The position numbers and the translations under genes are program-made. The notes under the pieces were generated by a model. The model saw only the letters and a program-made list of their open reading frames with translations, was not told the origin of the DNA and did no database searches. Below, piece by piece: positions 1 to 12,350 of a stretch of DNA of 64,000 nucleotides (position 1 is the stretch's first letter; each line of letters starts with the position of its first letter). The stretch is taken from positions 1,327,988 through 1,391,987 of the forward strand of contig MU053588.1 of assembly GCA_013239625.1 (NCBI GenBank), in the 5' to 3' direction. This stretch comes from Lama guanicoe (lineage: Eukaryota).

Positions 1-99
1 TCCGCTACAACTTTTTTTTTAATTGCTTTAAAAGTCAATGCTTTGATTAAATCAAAATGGCTCACAGATGTTCTGTCCTCAGAAGATATCAGAAAAGTG

Positions 100-1200
100 G
101 AAAATAAACATGTATGCAGTGGGTAGTGTCCCTCCGTGTTGTCACCTCCTCACATTGTGTGCTGCAGTGCGGTGCTTCTGGCTGTGTAGCGCTCCGTGTG
201 CGTGTCTCCTGGTTATGAGGTGTGCCAGTGGCCCCACTATGCCCGCGCTTTTGGCCTTGGGAGCGCGCCCAGTTACCCGCCAGCCGGTAACTGTGTACCT
301 CTGAGCTGTTTGGCTGTCTGGTTTTAGGTCTGTTTTGGTTTTTTGATTTTGTTGTTGTTGTTGCTGTGGTTTTGTTTTGGTTTTTTTTTTTTTGGTTTTT
401 GATCTCCAGTTACAGATTATGTTGGCAGCCGGTGACTGCAGAAAAAATAAAAATATCAAAACAGAAAAAAAAAGGCCCTCCCCAAAGCAAAGGACTTAAA
501 AACAAAGAACAAAAAAACCAAACCCACATGGCGAGGAATGGAGAGGATCCTATTGTCTTGGAGGCCCATGGAATCTACTTCAGTCTATGAAACGTTCTCC
601 GAAAAGAGCGCCGCTGGCTGGCTGGGAGAGCTCTGTTCTCTGTGTTTCCTACTTCTGTGTACATTTTCGGGTTCAAGTTTGCTTGGATTTTGACTTTTTT
701 TTTTAATGTTTAATAAGAAAGCAGTGTCTGCTGCCATGTTGCGTCTCTTTCTCTCTTTGTCTCTGTCTGTCTCTGTCTCTGTGCTTGTAGTTGTTCCTTG
801 GAGCGCGGTGTGGTGTTCTTGATGTAGTGAGCTCAAGTCTGCGGCTGTTTCTGGGGACGTGGTGGAGGCTGCATGTTCTGTTCTCTCCAGGAAGAGCTAG
901 TGGTTTCTACCCTGTGTGTTGGTGACCAATGTGCAGAGGCAGAGCCGCTGAAGTCTGGTTCCCAAGGGGGTGGCGAAGCACCGCCCTCACTCCAGGTCAC
1001 CTCATCAGCTCTCGTTTTTTGACCCCCAGCCCGGGGGCGGCCAAAGCTGAGAGGCATCAAAACCAATGCATAGCCAGCCCCTGCACTAGCCCCTGCCGGT
1101 CTGCACATCTTCTATTTATGTTCCTTGGAGAAGAAATGGTTGGTTGCCATGTTTCTGTTAGCAGTCATGTAATGCCATTGCCCGCTCTGGTACATTCACT
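100..1200 (-). promoter_or_regulatory. CA-rich cluster in HNRNPL intron 6 (hnRNP L autoregulatory splicing enhancer region)
   Basis: The plus strand is dense in TG/TGT/GTGT motifs, i.e. CA/ACAC on the transcript. hnRNP L is known to bind a CA-rich cluster in its own intron 6, upstream of poison exon 6A. Boundaries are approximate. Confidence 0.7.
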
Positions 1201-2145
1201 GGTCACCAATTTGCCTCTGACCTCTGGAGGGGGCAGCCAGCCCCACAGCGCCCATTTTGAGGGTCCTGGGTAAGAGTCTAGCCCACCCTGCCCACTGCTT
1301 CCCAGCTGCAAGGGTGAGCAAGACAGGCCTGCCTAGGAACGAGAGGCCTCTGGCTTCCCAGGGCCTGTGAGATGTCATCAACCAGCCTCCTCCCTCAGCC
1401 CATGGCCTAGTCCGACGTATCAGACCAAGACAGAAACAGAGATGGACGGTCTTGCTGAGGGGGTGCCGCCGTTTTTCAAAGGCAATCCTCCACCTCTCCC
1501 TCCTATCCAAGGCAAACCATTCTTGACAGGTTCTAGGAAGAGGGCTGTCCGTTTGGGCCCCCTGCAGAGATGATGCATCCCCTCTACAAGTGAGGTGAGG
1601 CTTGTCCGCCCTGTCGCAATCCAGGGTGTCTCACCTCCACAAGGTCAGCTTGCTCAAAGGCTCTGCTGCAAGGGCCCGGGAGCCCTCATCACCTCCCCAA
1701 CCTGTCCCCGCAAACAAGCAGCCCCTCTCAATAGTGGAGAGCAAACGGACCACACCTGGCCCAGTGAGAACGGAGAGTCAGTGACCCTAAGCAGGCTCCT
1801 AGAAGGGAAGCAGCAAAACCCTTCTGGGAGCTGCTACTGGTTTAGAAGCCATCGCCACGCCCTGTGCTCAGTGAGGCCCGGCTCCCCACCCTGCCCAGAC
1901 CTCTGCCTTGATGGTGCACCCTCGGCCGCAAAGGGGGCCACAAGCAGCAGCTGGGACCTACTGAGGCCCCTCATTCACCCTCTCCCACTGGAGTGTCTTT
2001 TCCAAGAGCTGACCCCAAGGCCCTCCCATGTCCACAGGGAGCCCAATGGCATTACATAACCCTGATCCCAGGTCTATGAAGTGCACTAGTCAAGTGAAGG
2101 CAAGGCGGGTGGGTGTGTTTAGAACAAAGTGGCCGTCAGGATTAC

Positions 2146-5100
2146 CTTGTCCACTGAGGTTGGGGTTTGTATAGTCCCAAGTATCCTGATCGTTCTTGAA
2201 CACGTTCAAGCGTGTAGGCTGCAGGGACAAGACAAAGCTTGAGATCAGCCAGGCCCTAGGCTCCCCTGGGAAGCTGACAAGAGGCAGCCATTTCCCAGAC
2301 CCACCTTCGCATATTCGATCTTCAGAGTGCAACAGCCCGAGTAGATATCAGCCCCATTGAGCGAGGCCTTGGCCCGCTGAGCACTCTGCACAGAGTCAAA
2401 TGTGAGTAAAGTTAAGGAAAGTCTTATTCCAAAAGCTCTCTGCAAAGAGCTTCAAAGTTGTCCCAGAGAGGGATGAGGGTGGAAAGGTAGCACCCAAAAA
2501 CTGTTTCAGGTGGGCTCCAGGATTAGTTCACTGACCACAGCCACTCCTATGGAGACAGCTGGAGTGCTGCCCTGGGTGAGCAGGCACTGGCCAGAGATCC
2601 CCCCTGACCTGTACTCCCACTGCCACCAGCACAGGGGTGGCAGGCATCTTCTCCTTTAGCCCGATCCTCTCTCTCTCATGCTGTGTAAGCCTGAACTGAG
2701 ATGTCAACAAGATTATACTCCTGCCCCAATAATCCACCAGTGGCTTCCCACTGCACTCTGACCCAAGGTTCACCCCACATCCAGGACGCTCTACCAATCC
2801 CTCCCAACGTCTTAAACCTCTCCCCTAGTCAACTACTCTTCAGTTGTCAGGATGTCTGCTTTCTCCAACACTAAGATCCTGCTCATCTAAGGACCTTACC
2901 TTTGCAGAGGCGGGTTCCTCAGCCTGAATATGTCCCTACTTTCTCATGGAAACAGAGTATCACCTCCTCAGAGATGGTCCCAGATCCCCTGTAAACTACC
3001 CCCCCGTATCTCCAAGTGCCGTTCTTTCCCTTCACTTTAAACTCTGCACTTTCACACCACAGTTGACCCTTGAACACAAGGTGCTACATGTGCGCATGTT
3101 TATTAGGGGTGCCAACCCTCTGTGCAGTTGAAAAATCCAAGTATTCAAACAACCACAGATGGTATAGCACTGTACTACACATTTAGAAAGTGAAATCCAC
3201 GTGTTAAATGGACCCATGAAATTCAAATCCACCTTGTTCAAGAGTCAACTGTTTACGTTTGATTAGCTGTTTATTAACCATCCTTCCCATCATGCCATGG
3301 GCTCTATGAAGACACCCGGCATGTGGCAGGCATTCAACAGACACATGCTGGTTCAAAGTATGGACCCGGCTGAACCCTGTGACACCTCACCCCAAATAAA
3401 ACTCACTTCCCAGCAAAGGATATTCCACCATGGCCTGGACTCCATTCTTCCGGAAAATGACAATTCTCTGAACAGGGCCACAAGGATTACAGATAGTGTA
3501 AAGAACATCCTGTGAAAGCAAAGACGGACAAGATGAAGGAGCACTTGCAGGTCAGACTGGCTCAGGGAAAAAAGGAAGGAGGGGATTTCATAGAAGAACC
3601 CAAATACCCATTGGCACTCACCGTTGTAATGGAATAGATGGGGTTCAGGATGGTAAAGAGAAGTACACTGTTGACGCTCCGGGAGTCATCAGAGTCCCCG
3701 GGGCGGGAGATCTTCTGGCTGGTAGAGTAATTGACAAAAGCTGGGTGGCCCGCAATGTAGATCTGGTTGTCAGCTGCGTAGTTCACAGCGTTGCAAGCCC
3801 CCAACACATCTTCAAACTCCACCAATGCTTGTCTCTTTTTAGGCATTACCACCACATAGCTGGCAGAGAGAACAAAGATTGCAGTCTTCTCAGGGTGATG
3901 AAAACAAGAGTCAGAGGGCAGCCTCAGTCTTCTGTGAGCTGACCCCTCTCTGGCCTCTGGACTTCTCTGTGCCCTAGCATGGTTTCCTGACCTGAACACC
4001 CCTTGCCGTAAGTAGCACAACAGGCAAAAGAGGTGTGTGCAGCTTTGACCTCACCTTCTTTGGGAAGCCTTCCTCTCCAAGCCCTCACCTGAGTCATAAG
4101 CCTCCCCAAGACTCCTGGGTTCCCCTATCACAGTGCTGACCACTCTGAGCAGGCAACTGTCTGAGAGGAGTCAGGGTAGTTCTGTCCACTACTGTATTCT
4201 CTTTACCCAGCGTATGTCAAATACTCAAAACTACAGGGCAGAGAAAGAAAGGAAGGAGGAAAAAAAACCACAGAACTTCCTGTAACCGACCCAAAGTACG
4301 ATGGCTAACCCTAGGAGTAGAGGAGCCCCAGGACCTAGCTAAAGGATCCCAGACCGAAATGGCCAAATCACTTCCAACAAGAAATCCAGTGACACATAGG
4401 ACACCAAGAAGTTGAACACCCAACCCCTGACCTCTAAGCTGAATACCTGATGGGTCCAAATTCCTGCAAGGCCTCCACAAGGTCAGCTTCCACCACGCCG
4501 TCAATCAGGCCCCTGATGTGGACAACTGGGGAGGCAGGGGTTTTGTGCGGGTCATCGTAGTTCTCCTAAGAAAAGGAAGCAAAAGCAAGATCTCATCGTC
4601 TGCTGTAGAAGATAGTGGCCCACTGGCCTCTGTGCTGTTGGGAACCCAATCAGATATAATACCTGAGTGTCACCCAGGAAGGACATACAGGGCAGCAATT
4701 CAATCATTCACCCCCAAAAGACTCTGGGCTAGCAGAGCAGAGGACCAGGCAAGTCCCATCTTACGTTTCTCTTCCCACTGGTCAAGAAAATGTGGGAAAA
4801 GAGTGGCTTGGAGGGGATACCACTGGCAGTGAGGGCTCAAACAATTCTCTGCTGCAGTCCGAACCAGAACATTTCCTTTGCAAACACCCCAGCTTCTTTG
4901 CCCTTTCCCTAGTGGAGGAAGCTACCATCACCGCCCAACCAAGCACTGCTGCTCCCACCACTCATACCCCAGGTCTAGCAGGTGCCTCAGAAGCTGTGGC
5001 AGCCAGGATAGTCTTGACTGCCTCCAGTCTTCAATTACCTTCCCACCAAAATCTGTGTTGGAAAAACACTACTTAGGTCAGACTTAAAGAAAAACTAAGC

Positions 5101-6699
5101 AAGGAAAATCTTTCAGAAAAAAACAGAAACTCCAACCCGTATCACTAAAAACCAAGATAGTTCTCTTCTCAGGGGACTATCTTTCCACCCACAGACAGCA
5201 GCCTCTGGGAATCAAGAGGAAAGTAAACTTTCTCAACCTCTCATGGGCTCTGAGCCCAGCCTACAGACTGAGAACCACCACGCAGAAGACCATGGTGGGG
5301 GGCAGAGTTGGATTCTATTTCAGGAATGAACCACACAAACCACACGGGGCACATCTGCCTGATGATTACCAGCTCAGTGATCTGGAGTTCCACAGCCGTG
5401 AGTTGTAACCCCAGCCCCTTCTGGCACTAGCTATATGACCTAGACGATTCTACCTCACCTCTGTAAGTAGGGAATAACATCATTCCCCATCTCATACAGG
5501 AGTATTAATTCAATTAAAATACTTTTAAGATGCGTGCAACAAGGCCTGGCATGGATTAAAATGGCAATAAATCAGTTACAGAGCGCGGCTAAACCCTGAA
5601 AAACTCTGCAAACGGCTTAACAGTAAAGGACTTCGGGAACCTTTAGAGAGGAGGGAATGGGCTCCAAGCCAGAAGTAACAACTGGTAGTCTTTTCGGTGT
5701 AGGAGACTAAAGAGGCTGAATCCCTTCCAAGATACCCACCCCCTGGGAACATTTTGGTTCATCAAACCGACTGCACCCAGTTAACCCCCGGAAATGGTAA
5801 GCAAACTCGTGATGACTCCCAAGCTTGGCTCAATCTCCAAACAGATAAAAAACCCTTTCACAAGACTTTCTTCCGGTTTTCAATGCCCACAAAAATGGGG
5901 GACTAGTCTGGCGAAGTATCTTCAAGTAAAACAATTTCTGTATTGAAACAAACCATGACGCTACGAAGATTTAACAGCGATCGAACAAAATTCCCCACTC
6001 AGGGGCGGAAAAGGCCACCACCCACCCGTTCCCGCTCACGCGGTGCCCCCCCCCCAAGGCCAACCGCCCACGAGGCCCGGGCAGGACAAGTGCGCCTGCG
6101 CATGGGGCCAGAGAAGAAAACGAGAAAGGAAAAAAGCCCGGCCGCGGGCCCGGCCCCTACTTGCAGCCCGCGGCGCCTGCGCAGTGCGCCACCCGCAGCG
6201 CGAGCAGTTTCCTTCGCCCCCCCCAACACCCGGCTCTGAGTAGCGCGCACGCGCAAGCGCCTGTCCTCGCGCAAACCCCGCCATTTGCCCAACGCCTGCC
6301 CCTCCTCCACCCCGTCCAAGACGCAAGGGCCTGGGCGCGTGCGCACAGGCCCCTATACCCAAAATAAATACCCTCAAGGTGGAAAATTTCCCCTCCCTTC
6401 CCGGCTGTCTCCAGCGCCTAGGGCCCTGGCCTCACCCCGCCGCCGCCGCCCGCCGCCCCGGCTCCTCCACCGCCGCCGCCACCGCCTCCATGCTGGTCGC
6501 CGGCGTTGTCAGTCTTGAGCCGCTTAGGGGCCCGGCCGCCCTCGCTGCCGCCGCCGTAGTAGCGGCCACCGCCGCCTCCGCCGCCCGCCGCCGCCATCTT
6601 CACCATCGCTCCGGACCGCCGCCGCTGCTCGTCCGGCTGCTGCCTCTGCTCCAGCCGCCGACGCCGCTTCTCCGCCCGGGGCAGCAGCCTCCGCGACAT
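2146..6699 (-). CDS. HNRNPL: Heterogeneous nuclear ribonucleoprotein L, coding exons 1-6; the gene continues left of the window. Exons: 6699-6436, 4565-4447, 3859-3622, 3509-3424, 2401-2305, 2218-2146
   Basis: The spliced translation MSRRLLPRAEKRRRR...GGGG|ENYDDPHKTPASPVVHIRGL...|YVVVMPKKRQALVEFED...|DVLYTICNPCGPVQRIVIFRKNGVQAMVE|FDSVQSAQRAKASLNGADIYSGCCTLKIEYAK|PTRLNVFKNDQDTWDYTNPNLSGQ matches hnRNP L RRM1-RRM2 as recalled. All junctions keep frame. Splice sites are GT-AG except intron 4, which is AT-AC. Confidence 0.98.
2402..3423 (-). other. HNRNPL: U12-type (minor spliceosome) AT-AC intron, HNRNPL intron 4
   Basis: The minus-strand 5' end reads ATATCCTTT from 3423 down. A branch site TTCCTTAAC lies at about 2419-2411 and the terminal AC at 2403-2402. 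The junction GA|A restores the Glu codon and the frame. Confidence 0.95.
3060..3251. mobile_element. Short Tc1/mariner (Tigger/MER8-like) non-autonomous DNA transposon
   Basis: Terminal inverted repeats CAGTTGACCCTTGAAC (3060-3075) and GTTCAAGAGTCAACTG (3236-3251). Confidence 0.75.
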
Positions 6700-7300
6700 G
6701 GCGGCGCAGAACCCGCCTCCCCCCGCCTCTCATTGGGGGAGGGACACGCCCGTCACCCGCCGCCCCCACCCGATAGGGGGAGCCACTGGTCCCGCCGCGG
6801 GGGGAGGGGAAGCCTCCGCACGCCTTGCACGCCTATTGGGTAAAGTCCATGCCGTTCTGCGGGAGTGCCCGCCCTCGTTTGTCTGGGACACTTCTTATAG
6901 GCTAGCGCTTTCTGCCAGTCATTTCGCCGATCCCGCCGCTTTAAAATAAACTTCAACTTGATAGGTCGGATTTCTGGCACTGCCTGGCCCCCTTAGGAGT
7001 ACCTGATTGGAGCGGCTCTCCCCACTGTCCTGAAAACCCTGCCTCCTTCTCACTTTCATTGGTTTTCTCGCTAATCCATCAAACCGAAAACCCTTAGTCT
7101 TCCAGTCATAGCGACTACCTTCCGGCGCTCCTCCGCAAGAAGACAAGGAAGCACCTCCCCTTTGGCTTTCTACACTGGTTACTGCAGATGTCCATCGTCT
7201 GCATCTCCACCCGATTAGTCAATGGAGAGTGGAAAGAGTCCTCTCTCCAGACGGTAAGACCACTGGTTGTCCTTGATTGGCTGAAAAAGGGGAGCCCCTC
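5980..7300 (-). promoter_or_regulatory. HNRNPL CpG-island promoter and exon 1 region
   Basis: Very high CpG and GC content. CCAAT boxes on the minus strand (ATTGG at 6732, 6835, 7006, 7058, 7276), YY1-like GCCGCCATCTT at about 6590-6600, and NRF1-like GCGCNTGCGCA motifs in proximal intron 1. Confidence 0.8.
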
Positions 7301-8479
7301 CCAGGCCCGTTGGCGCTCTTTGGCGCAGCCTAGCAAAGGATCGGAGGCTAAAACGCACGCGCGAATATGCTTTAAGGCGCCTACGGAGGCGGGGAGATCC
7401 TCTGAAGGAGCGAAGGTCTGCAGTACCTTGAGATTTGTTGAGTAACTGCAGTGAGCAGCGCCCGAAGGGTAGACCAAGTTAGAGGGACAACTACCAGTGC
7501 AGCTCTGTCCCCACCATTATATCCTATTCCTCTCCATCTCTAACCTTCACAATACCAGAGGAATTTTTCTTTTAACCCAGGCGGACCCTTTCCCTCACTA
7601 CAAAACCATTCGCTGCTGCCGACTATCTTCTGACCCTTTCCAGTTCACGAGCGTCCTTTCACCACTCCATCTCTAAATTCAGCCACACTAACTCCTTTGA
7701 GTTTGCAGAAAGGGAAGGATCTTTCGCGCACCTCTCAATCTTTGCCCAGGCAGGCCCTTCCACCCAGAATACTTTTTTCACTACCCCTCCTGCCGGAACT
7801 AAGGAATAAATTTCGTCCGTGCTCAGTTCACTGAAAAGCATTCCTGGCCCCTACCAGCCCTGACACTCCGGCTTCCCCCATGATAACCCCTGATCACTCA
7901 ACCAATGGTTTTCACGCGACAGCCCTTACTACCCTGAGTTGTCACAGTTTGGTAACTGTCTCTTCCCGTAGCGTGGAAGTCCTGGGTGGGCAAGGGAGCG
8001 GTAGTCCCTGTCTAGGCCTTAGTGAGATTGACAAGCTCCCGGCACAGTGCTAGCACTCTGTATGTAAAGGAGAGTAGTTATGGTGTTCTAAGTTTCCGGC
8101 GGGCCCTTGTTCCCGTCAAGGCGGGTACGCCCACTCCACCCAGAGTATCCTCAGTCTCTAGGGTCCAACGACACCCAATAGCCAGAACCTGGGGGCGGGG
8201 CCGGGGGCTGACGTAGGATCCCGCCCTAAGGGCTCTAACTTTACGGGGCAGCCTGCTGGGGGTACGCTGCGTTTAAAAAGTGAAGAGAGTCGTGGGAAAT
8301 GCGGGGGATGCCCCCGAGATGCTCTGGGAACCTTTCCACTCGGGTGAAAAGGGATTCCTGAGATAGAAGTCCTCGTGGAAACTAAGTTTGAAGTGGGGTC
8401 AGTGGCACTAAGAGAATGGGACTGGCCTGGTAGGTCCGCGGGTTTGGGGAGATGAGAAAGTTAAGGGTGGGCTGATAGA

Positions 8480-9060
8480 GATCTAAATCAGCTCTCCATT
8501 GGCCGGAGAAGGTCCAAAGAGGGCAGCAGAGCGGAGACTGGGGGTCGGCGCAGCGCCTCCAACACGTGATCGGTGCGACAGTCGCAAGGCGGGGCGGGTC
8601 CCACTGAAGGGCGGGGTCGCGAGGTCCGGACGTCAGAGAAATGCGGTGGGGGGAGGGGGAGAGAGGGGCCCCTCCCCGCCCCGCCCCCGCGCCCGGCCCC
8701 GACGCCCCTCGCGCCGGCGCGAGCCGACAGGACGCGGCGGAACCGTCTCCCGCGCTGCACGTTCCGGGCCGCTTACCTGCCCAAGCATGCCCAAGGCGGG
8801 CGACCGGGCGGCCCCGTTATCTGCACCTCAGTGCGCCCGGCCTCAGCCCCTCCCCCCACTCCTTGCGCTCCGGCCGCGGCGGCGGCGGCGGCGGGGCGGC
8901 GCCTCCTGAGGCTCGCCACCCACCCCGCACCCCTCCCCAGCCTCTCGCCCCCAGCCCCTACCAGTTCGGCGGCGAGCCTGACCGGCCGTCCGAGATCGAA
9001 AAGAGAGCAGACACTGGGAAGTTTTGGGGGAGGGAGGGGCGGGCCTTAAAGGGACCACGA
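8480..9060 (-). promoter_or_regulatory. Second CpG island about 2 kb upstream of HNRNPL exon 1, with a candidate alternative first exon ending at 8777
   Basis: CpG-rich, with GC boxes and a GCG repeat. A consensus donor CAG|GTAAGC sits on the minus strand at 8777/8776. Confidence 0.6.
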
Positions 9061-11692
9061 CCTCTTTCCAGCCCGGAAAAAAAATGTAGGGGGTTGTTGG
9101 GGGTAGACCGAGAGTTGCTCCGCGTTTGAATGGAGGAGACCACGCGAAAAAGGAATGAGAAGACTCCGCGTCCCTTTTCCCTAAACCCCCTCCACACCCG
9201 CCCCCATCCTTCTCAGAAAGTCGCGCAGTTGTTTGGGAATCATACCTCATTACTCCTGGTCTGCCAAGTGTTCTGTCGGTTGAGGTAAATGTTGGACTGC
9301 ACATTGCTTAGATGGAGAAATGGGCTCAGGGGACGCAAGCGACCAACCCAGGATCCCACAGCTTGTAAGTGGAATAGCAGGATTCCTCTGCCACCAAAGA
9401 CTCATAACCAATGCACTGCTGTGCCTGTTATGGTTATGGCAGCTGCAATATCCCTTGGAAGTGAGCATGGGCCGTGGGGTCAGACTGCCAGCGTTCAAAT
9501 ATGGAGGCTTCACCTACTAGTTCTGTGGCCTTGAAAAGTGAGTTGCCATCCTGGAGCCTGTTTCCTCATCCAGTAGGAGGTTGGTAATAGCACATTCCTC
9601 GCTGGCTGGTCTCGAGAGGTACTGAGAATGTCCAGAAGCGGAGGGGAACCCCAGGTCTATCTCTGTTTCACAGATGGGGTACAGCTGAGGACCAAAGACG
9701 GGAAAGACCGGCTGAAATTCACCAGAGCTGGGCAGCCTCTGAAAAAGCAAGTCCTTCACTCCGTAAGCATAATCTGACCATTGTGGGCCCAACTAAATCC
9801 ATCCCTAACCCTTTCTACTTGTTCTCTACCTGGCAAAAACACTAGTTTTCCTTCTGCTCATCAAATACTCAAAGCTCATTTCTGACATTGCACTGGCTGT
9901 TTGGTCTGCCTAGAATATTCTTCTCCCAGATCTTTGGTCCTCATCACACAGACTTGGGCACAAATGTCACCTGAGCAGCCCAGTCTAATTAACCCCCATA
10001 TACAGTCATAATCACAGCTTACCATATATCCCCCTCTTTGCCTTATTGCCATGTGAAAATATCTAGTTGTTTAATTTCTGTCTTCTCACTAGAATCTGGG
10101 CTCTTTGGGGGCCAGAAGTGGGAATGTTTTAACCCCTCTAAAGCCCTACCCTGGGATCATTCATTCATTCAACAGATGTTTATTTGGGGCACCTGGGATA
10201 AAACGGTGACCAAGATATGGAAAAGTTCGCTCCCTACCTCTGGGGAGTTACATTCCAGTGAAAGAGAGGCACAGTACCTAAGTAAAAAGTCATCAACAGG
10301 GAAAGAGGATGAGGAGTACACGAGGGCAGTTTGCTCTGCTCTAAAGGGTATTCAGGGGAAGCTTCACTGAGAAGGTGACATTTTAGCAAAGCTCAGAAGC
10401 AGGGAGAGTGGAGGACATGTGGATACTGGGGGAAGAGCATTCTAAGCAGAGGGAACAGCCAGTGCAAAGGCCCTGAGGTGAAATGTGCTCGGTGTGTCCC
10501 AGAAATTGCTGGAGGCCTTTGTGGCTGGAGTAGAGTGAGGGAGGGGGTAAATGGTAAGTAATGCCATCAAAAAAGGGGGAGAGGGCAGTCTGTGAGGGTC
10601 CTCATGGGTCATGAGGAGGACTTTGACTTTCATTCTAAGGCGAGGTCACAAGAGGGTTCCTGAGCAGGGGAGGACCCTGATCTGGCTCCAGTATCTATTT
10701 TATGTATAATAATTTGTATCTGCTAATCCCATACCCCTAATTTGTCTCCCCTCTTCTCTTGGGTAACCACAAATTTGAAAAACACTACCAATTTTTTAAA
10801 CTGAAATATATTAATAAGATAACACATGGACATGGTGCAAACATCAGACAGCATAAAGCAACATATATGAACACTCTCCCTGCCTCCTCACCCCCTTTGC
10901 CCTCCCTGAGCCAACTACTGCTACCAATTCCCTGAGTGTCCTTCCAGAGCTAACTTAGATCCATACCAGCAAATACTTAAATACACTTTTTTTCACATTT
11001 CACACAAATATTTCTGCTTTTTGCCCTTGTTTTGAAGATCATTTTATATTCATATATAAAGAGCTGCCTCATTTTGTGTTTTTGTTCCTAAACATTTTAT
11101 CGGATAATATATCTAAACCAAAGCATTGCTTTAAAATTGTAATAAAATACCCTGAGATCCCACCACTTAGCTTAACAAAGAAAACATGAACGGTCCCTCT
11201 TGAATTGCAATGCCGTCTCTGCCCTCAGACTTAACCATTCTCCTGAATTTTGTCTTTATAATGCCCTTGCTTTTTGTTATGGTTTTATGTATTTCAAAAC
11301 AATCTTGTTTACTTTTCCCAGTCTGAGGCCCTAATAAAAATGGAATCATATTGTTTGTATGATATTTCTGAAACTCATCTGTGATAGTAAGAATTCATTA
11401 GTTAACTCATTGCTGTATGCTCTTTTCACAGTACAGACATACCATGATTTATTGATTCTACCAATGGTGGGCATTTGAGTGGTTCCTGAATATTTTGTTA
11501 TTAAAAAAAAAAAGGCTTAGTCTCTTCTCTAGACTCCAGGGTAAAGGCTGAGTGGGATTTGGGACAGAGGTCAGCCACAACCAAAGCTGAGAAGGGCCCG
11601 TGCTGTCAGCCCACAGCTTTCCTTCCACAGAAGCCACTTCATTCCTCCATGATAATTTAGAGATACTGTGATTCCCCAGGAAGGGCCTTCTT

Positions 11693-12350
11693 TTATTTTA
11701 TTATTTTTTTGAATTGAAGTTACAATGTGTCAGTTTCTGGTGTACAGCATAATGTCCCAGTCTTGCATATATATACATATATTCGTTTTCATGTTCTTTT
11801 TCATTAAAGCTTATTATAAGATATTGAATATACGTCCATGTGCTATACAGAAGAAATTTTTTAAATCTATTTTTATGTAGAGAGGTTATCATTTGCAAAT
11901 CTCAAACTCCCAAATTTATCCCTTCCAACCCCACTTTGCTTGGTAACCATAAGATTGTTTACCAAGTCTGTGAATCTGTTTGTTTTGTAGATGAGTTCAT
12001 TAGTGTTCTGTTCTTTCTTTTCTTTTCTTCTTTTTTTTTTTTTAGATTCCACATATGAGTAATATCATGATATCTTTCTTTCTTTCTGGCTTACTTCACT
12101 TAGAATGGCAATATCCAGGTCCATCCATGTTGCTGCAAATGGCATTATTTTATTATTATTTTTTATCACTGAGTAGTATTCCATTGTATAAATATACCAC
12201 ATCTTCTTTATCTAGTCATCTGTTGATGGACATTTAGGTTGCTTCCATGTCTTGGCTACTGTAAACAGTGCTCCTAAGAACACTGGGATTTATGTATCTT
12301 TTCAAATTAGAGTTCCCTCCAGATATATGCTCAGGAGTGGGACTTCTGGA
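11693..12350 (-). mobile_element. LINE-1 3' end fragment
   Basis: A T-rich tail followed by typical L1 3'UTR text (TTTCTGGCTTACTTCACTTAGAATG...CCATCCATGTTGCTGCAAATGGCA...). Flanked by imperfect direct repeats GAAG(G/A)GCCTT. Confidence 0.8.

Noticed and set aside
1..2145. HNRNPL poison exon 6A, or ORFs in intron 6 such as the Q/K-rich 142-459 ORF
   Set aside because: I could not identify a convincing exon. The ORFs are translations of low-complexity T/G tracts.
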